A stretch of DNA of 64,000 nt, taken from assembly GCA_029858565.1 (NCBI GenBank), contig JAOUEV010000002.1, positions 64,001 through 128,000 of the forward strand, read 5' to 3'. The position numbers were made by a program, and so were the translations under genes. This stretch comes from Nitrospirota bacterium (lineage in GTDB: Bacteria > Nitrospirota > UBA9217). The notes beneath the pieces are model-generated. The model made no database searches. It saw only the letters and a program-made list of their open reading frames with translations, and was not told the origin of the DNA. This document shows positions 49,861 through 59,200 of the stretch, piece by piece (within the stretch, counting starts at the first letter, position 1; every line of letters begins with the position of its first letter).

Positions 49861-51229
49861 AGCGCTGTTCATTGGAGCGAAAGAAGGCGTCAAGCTTTCT
49901 TTTTGCACTCTGCTGGTATTCTCGCTTCTGAGCGGTCGCGAGCGTCTTCCCCTGAAACGGTCCGTGATTGCCGGACTCCTTGTCGTGTTCCTTGCCTCTT
50001 TTCTCCTGCTTACCCTGCCGGTCACGTTCGAAATGCGCGAAATTATCGTTCGGATGATAGGGTATGTCTTTGGAATTTTCTTTTTTCTTTCCATTGGCGC
50101 GCTCTTTCACGAGTCAGGGACCGATATCATCGGCCCTTTCCGCAGCGTTGGCGGGAAAAGGGTGCTCCAGATCCCTATCCTGCTGGTCTTAACCATTGGT
50201 TATTTTGCGCCTGACATGGCCGGCTCTGCGCTGTTCATTGCAGACCTTGCATCCATGGCACAGGCGCCTATGCCGGTCTTTCTTGCTTCCGGGCTCGGGT
50301 TTGTCCTGTTCATTGCCGGGACCGCTGCCCTTGGCAGGAAGGTACAGCCTGTGTTCCCGCGTCTTTTTGGTTTGCCCCAGGTGCTGCTGACCCTGGCACT
50401 CATCAAACTGCTTGCCGGCGGGATACGGGGATTTGCCGAACTTACTCTCATCCCGGCGGTGCAGGCTGGTCTCATGAAACTGGTCCACGATGTCATTCAC
50501 CAGACCTTTGTCATGATCCTTGTGCCTGACCACCCCGTGCTTTCGACGACAACATGGAACTTTGTGGGTTTCTTGTTTCGGGAGACCGCGGGGCTTTGGT
50601 TGTCTCTGATCCTGCTGGTAACGCCGCTCGTCCTGTTCGTGATCAAACATTTCCGGGAGCCCCTTCGGTATCCCGGGAGCATTGATCGTCCGTCTCAAAG
50701 ACGCATGTTCATCAGGTCTATTCGCGATCAGCGGCTTCTCAAATCGCTTCCCGTGCTTTTCTTTTTAGCGGTAATCATCATGACCTGGTTCTCCCAGCAG
50801 GACGCGCCCGGTGTAAGCCTGTATCTACCGGACCCTAAACCTGTCGCTGCGGACGGAGATGCATTGAATATTCCCATCCAATCGCCGACAGAAGACCTTC
50901 GCGACGGCGCTATTCATAAATTTTCGCTCCTGATTCGTGACGAACAGGTCAGGTTACTGATCATGAAAAAGCCTGACGGGACGCTCACGGCATGCCTCGA
51001 TGCATGCGAAATATGCCCGCCCGATGGTTATGGCCAATCACGAGAACATGTTGTCTGCCTTTACTGTAAAACCCCCATCCCCTTTGATACGGTCGGGAAG
51101 CCCGGTGGATGCAATCCAATCCCCCTGCCAACTGTTGTGACGGACAAGGAAGTGCGGCTGACAATGAAGGATATCTCCGAAAAATGGGTCCTGGTGAAGT
51201 CCGGGGCATCCAAGACTACTGTAAAATGA
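49841..51229 (+). CDS. Polytopic membrane protein: FTR1-like N-terminus plus DUF2318 Cys-rich domain
   Basis: About 8 TM segments; KEGVK at the RExxE position; DACEIC...VCLYC...GGCNPIP. Confidence 0.8.
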   Translation: MSRFVLEALFIGAKEGVKLSFCTLLVFSLLSGRERLPLKRSVIAGLLVVFLASFLLLTLPVTFEMREIIVRMIGYVFGIFFFLSIGALFHESGTDIIGPFRSVGGKRVLQIPILLVLTIGYFAPDMAGSALFIADLASMAQAPMPVFLASGLGFVLFIAGTAALGRKVQPVFPRLFGLPQVLLTLALIKLLAGGIRGFAELTLIPAVQAGLMKLVHDVIHQTFVMILVPDHPVLSTTTWNFVGFLFRETAGLWLSLILLVTPLVLFVIKHFREPLRYPGSIDRPSQRRMFIRSIRDQRLLKSLPVLFFLAVIIMTWFSQQDAPGVSLYLPDPKPVAADGDALNIPIQSPTEDLRDGAIHKFSLLIRDEQVRLLIMKKPDGTLTACLDACEICPPDGYGQSREHVVCLYCKTPIPFDTVGKPGGCNPIPLPTVVTDKEVRLTMKDISEKWVLVKSGASKTTVK

Positions 51230-52224
51230 AATCGATTGCCGCCCGAATATATGCATTTCTGCGCTCTGCTGCTCTCACGGTCTGGCTTGTGGGATTGTTC
51301 CTGTTCTATTATCTCTCGATGGCCGTGTGGAGCAATGAAGCTTTTGGTATGTACATTGTCCATCTTTCTTCGAATAACCTGTTTCGTGGGTTTTATCTTT
51401 TATTCCTCTCCAATGTGGTTCTTCGTCTCATAGAGAGACTGCAACGCCTTTGGTCAACAAGGGCGCAATTCATTCTCCAATTGCCCTTGTTGGTGGGGCT
51501 TTTGCTGTTCCTGCCGGCCTTGTTCCTGAGCTTGAACATGAGAAAGACACTGCGAACTCCACCGGTTGGCATGGGAGACATCATCACTGTTCCCCACGGC
51601 ACGGAGAAGTATCAGATCCAGTCTGTTGAGCCTGCGCTCAAGAAACGCTCTCTCAGGAATGAAGGGGCCGCGGTCTTTGATTACGAACCGGGGCTCATGC
51701 TCCTGGATCCTCAGGGAAGAACGTACCGGGTCGGCGCTTTTCCTCCCAGTCCTGTCGGCTCAACCTATATGCATGTGCTGACATTCGGGATCGGCCCTGG
51801 TGTGGAACTTAAAAAGGGGAGAGAAGTGGTATTTCGCGGATATATAGCGTTGCAGTTGACGCCATTTGGAAATGTCGACGTTTTTGACAATTCTGATTTG
51901 CCCTATAAGTTCTATTTGAGCATAATTCCCAATAGTACAATAAGAAAAGGAAAGGAATCCGCGAATACGTATGACCTTGAGAAACCGCGGTATAATGTCA
52001 CTGTCGTAAAGGAAGAACAGACCATTTTAAACGGGGAAACAGATTCTTCGATCAGAATTGATGAAAACCTCACTCTTTCGTTCTTTACGCCATCGGACTG
52101 GGTCATAGTTGAAGTTGTTCAAGATAGGTTTTTGCCATGGTTTGTTCTTTCGATATGCTTAATCTGCGTGGGAATTGTGCCCTTCCTCTTCTCAATGGTG
52201 ATGTCTAAACTAAGGGCGAAGTGA
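51226..52224 (+). CDS. ResB/CcsB-like cytochrome c biogenesis membrane protein (divergent)
   Basis: Three N-terminal TM segments (FLRS..L, LFLSN), large soluble domain, C-terminal V.QD...TM; ATGA-coupled to the DUF2318 gene. Confidence 0.55.
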   Translation: MKSIAARIYAFLRSAALTVWLVGLFLFYYLSMAVWSNEAFGMYIVHLSSNNLFRGFYLLFLSNVVLRLIERLQRLWSTRAQFILQLPLLVGLLLFLPALFLSLNMRKTLRTPPVGMGDIITVPHGTEKYQIQSVEPALKKRSLRNEGAAVFDYEPGLMLLDPQGRTYRVGAFPPSPVGSTYMHVLTFGIGPGVELKKGREVVFRGYIALQLTPFGNVDVFDNSDLPYKFYLSIIPNSTIRKGKESANTYDLEKPRYNVTVVKEEQTILNGETDSSIRIDENLTLSFFTPSDWVIVEVVQDRFLPWFVLSICLICVGIVPFLFSMVMSKLRAK

Positions 52225-52469
52225 ACGGCTTTTTATTTCGTTTGAAATGCGCAATAGTTGTCGTACATAAGTCCCTATCGGACGGCAGATTAGGATGAAC
52301 TTGGCTAGTTATTGTTGAGGAACAAAATTATTAGGTGTTTTTTTTATTAAATTTCATGGCATTATAAAAAAATTGCTTTGAGCATTATAAGTCTAGCATG
52401 TTTGAAAACCAACAAGGCTTTTGAGCGATAACACTCAAAATAAGTCATTGGTGTCTTGTAATATAAAGC

Positions 52470-52516
52470 TAATATATTGATATTTAAAGAATGCCTATGC
52501 TGGTATATGAATTGCA
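52470..52516 (+). promoter_or_regulatory. Sigma54 promoter with IHF site upstream of the cytochrome cluster
   Basis: TGGTATATGAATTGCA (52501-52516, GG-N10-GC). Minus-strand TATCAATATATTA (52470-52482) matches WATCAANNNNTTR. Lies in a very AT-rich ~365-bp spacer. Confidence 0.7.
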
Positions 52517-52590
52517 AAGTATATTAATTGAAAAAGTAATGTATATAAGCTTGGAAATCTATTAAACATATTGATTTTTAAGGAGAAGCG

Positions 52591-53391
52591 ATGGCCACTT
52601 GCAATAGATTCACGAAAACCAATCCCTTTATCTCATTGCTTGCGCTTGGCTTGGTTTGTGTATGTTTTGCTGCTCCGGTTGATGCGCTGACAATCGTCGG
52701 TAGCAAGCATGATTTTACATCGACTGCCTCGGGCACGAACAATTTCGCGGATAATTTCTTTGTGCCGGATCCGGCAACGGGATTCCCAACGCCGATCGAT
52801 CAGGTCTGCGTTTTCTGTCATACGCCTCACCATGCAGCGCTCGGCGCAGCCGCCCCTCTGTGGAACAGGACCTCGTCGCCTCCTGATGCGACGTATACAT
52901 TCAAAATGTATACAAGCGAGTCCTTCACGTATGGTCCTGTTGGCGGTCCCACGGGCATCAGCGCCTTGTGCATGAGCTGCCATGATGGTGTATCGTCTAT
53001 CGCGGTGAGCACGCTTCTGAACCCCCCGGGAGACGCGACGCCCGATCAGGTCACTACATCGATGTCCTCCAATGGTGCAATAGGTGCGGTGTATAATGGT
53101 GATCCTCTTACGAATGGATGGGGCGCGAACCTTGGTAATATTGACCCCTTGTTCCCGGGAACCAAGATCATAGACCTGAGCAACGATCATCCGATTTCAT
53201 TCGTCTATCCGACCAGTGCTTCGGGCATCTATCCTTCTACTTCGATAGATACTCGTCTCCGTCTCTTTGGTGCTAGCAAGGACATGGTCGAGTGTGCGAC
53301 CTGTCATTTGGTGCACGACAACCAGTACGAGCCTTTCCTGGCAATGCCGAACAACGGCAGCCAGATGTGTCTATCCTGTCATCAAAAATAG
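52591..53391 (+). CDS. OmcE-like tetraheme c-type cytochrome
   Basis: Signal peptide; SKHDF, QVCVFCHTPH, PLWNR, LCMSCHDG, DLSNDHPI, VECATCHLVHDN, PFL, GSQMCLSCHQK. Four CxxCH motifs. Confidence 0.85.
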   Translation: MATCNRFTKTNPFISLLALGLVCVCFAAPVDALTIVGSKHDFTSTASGTNNFADNFFVPDPATGFPTPIDQVCVFCHTPHHAALGAAAPLWNRTSSPPDATYTFKMYTSESFTYGPVGGPTGISALCMSCHDGVSSIAVSTLLNPPGDATPDQVTTSMSSNGAIGAVYNGDPLTNGWGANLGNIDPLFPGTKIIDLSNDHPISFVYPTSASGIYPSTSIDTRLRLFGASKDMVECATCHLVHDNQYEPFLAMPNNGSQMCLSCHQK

Positions 53392-53472
53392 ATCCGGAAC
53401 TGCAGCCATCTGTAGTCGGAAATATTTATGAAGAATTATTTAAGAAGAGTGAACGCGGCCTCGGAGGTGGGT

Positions 53473-56214
53473 ATGAAAACGGTGAAGATTTCGATCATTC
53501 TGATGATTGCCATCGTGGCAGTGGCCAGTGCTGCCTTCGCGGCCCCGGTCCGGATCGGGACCCTGGAGCAGAATATCTCGGACCCTGTGCGGGTGGCTTT
53601 GGATGCTCAGGGGAATATATATGTGACCGAGGCACAGCGCGACCTCGTCCTGGTTTATACCAGTAAAGGTCAGCATAAGACTGGCCTTTCGGTTCCTCGA
53701 CCGCTCGGTGTTGCGGTTGACGGGAACGGAACGATTTATGTAAGTTCTGGAAATCAGAGGACCAAAAACCCGGTGTATGTATTCACCCCGGACTTTGTGA
53801 AAGCCGGATGCCTGGGTGGGGCATCATGCGCGGAATTTGTAAAGCCCATCGATGTGGCTGTTGATGGAAAAGGCAATGTGTATGTCGTAGACAATGACCC
53901 TGATTATAGTGTGGTCAAGGTGTATGACGGTGCAGGCTCACTTATCCGTACGATTGCCGGCAGTGGCGCATCGCGGTTGAATAAACCCATGAGTGTTGCC
54001 ATCGACGATACAGCCGGGGAAATCATAATTTCCGATCAGCCGGATGTGATTGTTGCTGGTCAAAAGGCGATTGGCGCACGGATCCAGGCTTTTGATGGAT
54101 CTGGAATTGCTGTGCGGACGATTGGTCAGTATGGGATCGAGGTCGGTCAGTTCAAAGAAGCTACAGATATTGCCATTGATGCCAAGGGGCAGCTGTATGT
54201 TACTGACGGCGCTTTGGGTGTCACTAATATTATCAATGCCTCCGACGGGAACATCGTCGGTATTCTTTATGACGCCGGCAAGCCTGGTTATAACCCTAAC
54301 GGTGTTGTGGTAAGCAAAAATGGACTTGCGTATGTGGTCATGCAAAAAGGCGAAGGCAGCAAGGGCAGGATTGACATTTACGCTCTTGAAGGATATGTGA
54401 CGATGGCGGCTGCGCCTGCAGCGCTGATGTTCGAGGCTCGGCAGTTCTCGGGCAATCCTTCCGCTCAGACGGTATCGGTAAGCAACAGCGGCAGCGGCAC
54501 TCTCAACTGGACGGCATCGAAGAGCCAGTCGTGGATCGTGCTGGGGCAGGATGCAGGTACGGCGGGACCGAATGGATCTTCCGGTCTTCCCGTTGGTATA
54601 GACATCTCCGCGTTGAAGGCGGGAATTTATACAGGCACTGTTGCGGTCGTATCGGATTTCGGCCAGACGGAGTCAGTCGGTGTTTCTGTGAATGTGCTGA
54701 ATCCGCTGATCCTGAATATCAGCAAGAGCACGATGACATTTACTGCTAAGAAGGGCAAAACAGCGGCTGCCCAGTCTCTTGCAACAGGGATCGACAACGT
54801 CACCACGGCAACGGCGTGGAGCGCGAAGTCCGATTCAACGTGGCTTTCTGTAACACCGGCATCGGGAACTGCGACTGCCGCGTCTGCGGTTGCTGGTGCA
54901 AACGTAACGATCAACACCGCTGGCATGGGTGTTGGAACCTATAAGGGTGCTATCACGGTATCTGCCCCCGGAGCTATCGGAGATGGCAGTGCTGTTATGG
55001 TTATGCTTACGATAACCCCGACCACGAAGATCACCGTAAATACGAACAATGAAAATGCCAAGTTCTCGGTAAGCGGCCCGTCGACATACAATGGTAGCGG
55101 CTCATCATGGAGTGTGGAAGATGTTCCTGCGGGCGATTATAAGGTCAACTTTGAGCCTGTTGCCGGCTATCGCAAACCGAAGGCAGCGATGGGGGCTGTC
55201 CCGGCGGATGGCGAGGTTTCCTTCTCGGGAAATTATACGTCCTTCGCTGATATTGCTGCGCGGCGGAATATCCTTGTGGCCGGTGCTCTTGGCGTAAAAG
55301 CGCGTGATTCTGAGGTCAGTGTGTATAGCAATACGGGTGCTCTTTCGCAGGCAATTGATCTGTCAGCGAATTACGGTGCCAGCGTGGCGGTCGCCGATGT
55401 TGACAATGACGGCGCAGAAGAGATTATTGTTAGTGCCGCAGAAAAGGGGAGCAATCCCGCGACGGTTACGGTTATGAAAGCTGACAGGACCGTACTGAAC
55501 AGCTTCGTTCCTTTTGCGAATGCCAATGCTGTTCGGGTCGCGGCAGGAGACATGGATGGAAATGGGTCTGCGGAAATTGTCGTCATCCCAGCGCCTACCA
55601 GAAACGGCGCTGCCGGGACCGCAGCAGTGTATACCTACGACAGTGCGAGCGCGAAGATGATCGAAGTCGCGGCAGTGACCATGTATAAGAAGACGTCAAT
55701 AGTTGACGTTGCTGTCGCGGATATTAATGGTGATGGAAAAGCGGAACTTTTAACACTAGCCGCGTTTGAAGGAAAATCAGCAGGAATGGTAAAAGCCTGG
55801 AGCGTGAGCGCTGCAAAGGGTGGTTGGTCAGCAGCCTTGATCAACGATATCACCATGAACGGTGAAATGATGGGCGCTGCAGTGGCCGGTGGCGATGTCG
55901 ATGGAGACGGTGTAAGTGAGATTATTGTCGGTTCCGCGGCAGATGCGGGTGGTATGCTGACCATCATTAAAGGCGACGGAACTCAGACGAAGGTGAAGGT
56001 CTTTGGCAGGAAGGATGTGGCTGGTATGACGCTGGCCGTTGCTGACCTCGATGGCGACGGTAAGGCTGATCTCGTTGCGGCGCCTGTGCTTGAGAGTGGG
56101 AATGCGAAGAAGGATGGTGCGATCGAGGTCCTGAATTCGAATGGCACCTTGATGTTCTCGATCGATGTCAAGGCGGATGGTGCGAATGTTGCCATCGGTG
56201 AACTTGGTCTCTAA
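53473..56214 (+). CDS. Exported NHL-repeat/BACON/FG-GAP protein
   Basis: Signal peptide; NHL repeats (P..VAVD..G.IYV); two BACON-like units (NWTASKSQSW, AWSAKSDSTW); five DxDxDG repeats. Confidence 0.85.
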   Translation: MKTVKISIILMIAIVAVASAAFAAPVRIGTLEQNISDPVRVALDAQGNIYVTEAQRDLVLVYTSKGQHKTGLSVPRPLGVAVDGNGTIYVSSGNQRTKNPVYVFTPDFVKAGCLGGASCAEFVKPIDVAVDGKGNVYVVDNDPDYSVVKVYDGAGSLIRTIAGSGASRLNKPMSVAIDDTAGEIIISDQPDVIVAGQKAIGARIQAFDGSGIAVRTIGQYGIEVGQFKEATDIAIDAKGQLYVTDGALGVTNIINASDGNIVGILYDAGKPGYNPNGVVVSKNGLAYVVMQKGEGSKGRIDIYALEGYVTMAAAPAALMFEARQFSGNPSAQTVSVSNSGSGTLNWTASKSQSWIVLGQDAGTAGPNGSSGLPVGIDISALKAGIYTGTVAVVSDFGQTESVGVSVNVLNPLILNISKSTMTFTAKKGKTAAAQSLATGIDNVTTATAWSAKSDSTWLSVTPASGTATAASAVAGANVTINTAGMGVGTYKGAITVSAPGAIGDGSAVMVMLTITPTTKITVNTNNENAKFSVSGPSTYNGSGSSWSVEDVPAGDYKVNFEPVAGYRKPKAAMGAVPADGEVSFSGNYTSFADIAARRNILVAGALGVKARDSEVSVYSNTGALSQAIDLSANYGASVAVADVDNDGAEEIIVSAAEKGSNPATVTVMKADRTVLNSFVPFANANAVRVAAGDMDGNGSAEIVVIPAPTRNGAAGTAAVYTYDSASAKMIEVAAVTMYKKTSIVDVAVADINGDGKAELLTLAAFEGKSAGMVKAWSVSAAKGGWSAALINDITMNGEMMGAAVAGGDVDGDGVSEIIVGSAADAGGMLTIIKGDGTQTKVKVFGRKDVAGMTLAVADLDGDGKADLVAAPVLESGNAKKDGAIEVLNSNGTLMFSIDVKADGANVAIGELGL

Positions 56215-56292
56215 TTCATGATCGTGACCAGCATGAACATGAATGGAATTAAAAGATTGATACGGCGTACTCTGCAAGAAGGAGCGGTGACT

Positions 56293-59200
56293 ATGAAGAA
56301 ATCTACTCTACTTACGATTTCAATTCTGATTATGCTGTTCGGCATGCTGATTGCCGTGCGGGACGTCGCGGCACTCGATGCCCCGCATAACGCGAACGAC
56401 GTATCTCGGTCGATCACCTGCTCCACGTGCCACGTTTCTCCATTGGGACCGACCCCGACGTGGAAAACAATCCCGACGACCACGGACAATACCTATACAA
56501 ACAATCTTTGTACAAGCTGTCACGCGAGCGGCAAGCTCACGACCAGCAAGTATGAGGATATTAAGACCCACTCTGCGGCGAACACGGGAAGCACCCGGTG
56601 GGGCGGTGGCTGGACGGTTGAGTGTCGTGTCTGCCATCATGCCCATAACCAGGCGCAGCAGACCACGTTCTATTCAGATGCTAATAATAATGTGCTGACC
56701 GGTACGGTGGCGGCGCTGACGTCGTCGGTATCTGCGACCATGTCCACGCTTACTGCGTCCGCGGGGTCGATGGGAACCGATGGTTACGTTGGTTACCTTC
56801 TTATCCCGAATACCGCATATCCTACGATCATGTATCGTGTTATAGCCAATGACGCGACGAAGTTTACCGTGAAAGGTGCTATTAACCTGGCTCGTACGGC
56901 AGTGGGAAAGACCTGGGCACTGCGCTACGGCAAAATGGTGAAAACGCAAATTGCCTATACGAACCCGACTTCGGTGAATGCCTCGGTCAAGTTCTACAAT
57001 AATGCAGGCAACAATTCCTTTGCAGAAACCGCGAGCCCATCAACATCCCTTTGCATGGTCTGTCATACCCAGACCAAGCATTTCAAGAATGACGGAACAT
57101 TTGAGACTGCAGGTCATCCGGCAGCTGTCGGAACGGCCTGCACTTCCTGCCATAAACATAATACGGGCTTCAAGGCAAGCGGATGTAATGGCTGTCACGG
57201 CCAGAGCGGATCGACCGGCGCGCCTCTTGTTGCCGGTGATCTTGTCTCGCCAGCAACCGGCCACGCCGAAGGCGCACATCTGCGGCATGCGGTGACCCTG
57301 TCTCTGAGTTGTGCTGTCTGTCACGCTGGAAATACCATGCCTGCGCTCGACAGCGAGATAACCATGTCGTTCAGCGACGCGGCAGCAGGTGGAGCATATC
57401 AGGGCACTGCTCTCAACGCTCCTTACACCTATAGCGCCAATGTCACCCTGGGCGGCACGCAAACCTGTTCCTCTTTATATTGCCATAGCTCGGGTCAGAG
57501 TGCCACGGGTGGTTCGCTTGCCGGCGGAGACTACAAGTCAGTGAACTGGACAGGAGCCGGCCTGAACTGCGGCAGCTGCCACGTTGATATGGATGCAAGC
57601 GCATCGGCAACTGGCAGCCATATTAAGCACGCACAGGATAAGGCCATTGCTTGTGCGACCTGCCATGATGGATACACAGAAACGTCAACGGCCGCGGCAA
57701 CGCACGCAAATGCCTCGATCAATCTGAGCTTCAGCGGTAGGGCTGCTGGCTCGACATACTCCCAGGGAAACTCCCATGCTGTGCAGAACGGATACGGCCA
57801 GTGTTCAACGAACGATTGCCATAGCACCGGCCAGGGTTCCGATGGCAGTTCGTCCGGCATTACCTATGCGTCTCCGACGTGGGGCGGAACGGTGAATTGC
57901 AGCTCCTGCCACAAGAACATGGATGCTGATGCGACCGCACCGGGCAGCCATGTGAAGCACGCGCAGAGCGCGGCGATTGCCTGCGCCACCTGTCACAACG
58001 GATACACCGAGACCACCGCAGCCGTGGCAACCCATGACGACGGCACGGTGGACATGAGCTTCAGCGGTCCGGGAGACGGCACGTTCTACACCGGCGGTAC
58101 GACGAGCGGCAACTACGCGCTCGGCGGCGGTTACGGTTCTTGCTACACCAGCTCCTGCCACAGCTCGGGCCAGTCCGCCACGGGTACGGCCTCGCCGCTG
58201 ACCTATGGTTCACCGGTATGGGGCGGTACCTTGGACTGCGGTTCCTGCCACACGAACATGGATACTGATGCGACCGCACCGGGCAGCCACGTGAAGCATG
58301 CCCAGAGCGCGGCCATCGCTTGCGCCTCCTGTCACAGCGGTTACACTGAGACCACGGTTGCGGTTGCAACGCATAATAACTCGACAGTCAACGTGACGAT
58401 GGCGACCGGCTTCTACACCGGCGGCACAACGAGCGGCAACAACGCGCTCGGCGGCGGCTATGGTTCCTGCTACACCAGCTCCTGCCACAGCTCGGGCCAG
58501 TCAGCCACGGGTACGGCCTCGCCGCTGACCTATGGTTCTCCGGCATGGGGAGGTACACTGGACTGCGGCTCCTGCCATAAGAACATGGATACTGATGCGA
58601 CCGCACCGGGCAGCCACGTGAAGCATACCCAGAGCGCGGCCATCGCTTGCGCAACCTGTCACAACGGTTACACCGAGACCTCGGTTGCCGCGGCATCGCA
58701 TAACAACGGCACGGTGGATATGAGCTTCAGCGGGACGGGTGCCGGGACGTTCTACAGCGGCGGCACAGTGAGCGGCGACAACGCGCTCGGCGGCGGCTAC
58801 GGTTCCTGCTACACCAGCTCCTGCCACAGCTCAGGCCAGTCAGCGACGGGTACGGCATCACCGTTGACCTACGGCTCTCCTGCGTGGGGCGGAGCGCTGG
58901 ATTGCGGCTCCTGCCACAAGAACATGGATACGGATGGAACTGCGCCGGGAAGCCACGTTGGCCATGCACAGACAGCGGCGATTGCGTGCGCAACCTGCCA
59001 CAGCGGGTACACCGAGACGACGGTTGCGGCTGCAACGCATAATAACTCGACAGTCAACGTGACGATGTCGACCGGCTTCTACAGCGGCGGCACGGTTTCG
59101 GGTGACAATGCGCTGGGCGGCGGTTATGGAACCTGTTTCACAACGAACTGCCATGGCTCATCCTCACCCGTCTGGGGCACGAACACCACGAATGCTTCCT

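Noticed and set aside
52357-52376. Second sigma54 box TGGCATTATAAAAAAATTGC
   Set aside because: The GG-to-GC spacing is longer than the required 10 nt.
52225-52590. Cyclic-dinucleotide (GEMM) riboswitch upstream of the OmcE-like gene
   Set aside because: No GGCAAA...GACGCAAA-type signature or matching stems seen by eye; an Infernal search would settle it.
57568-59154. Mobile element or CRISPR-like repeats
   Set aside because: The repeats are in-frame protein modules within one cytochrome gene.
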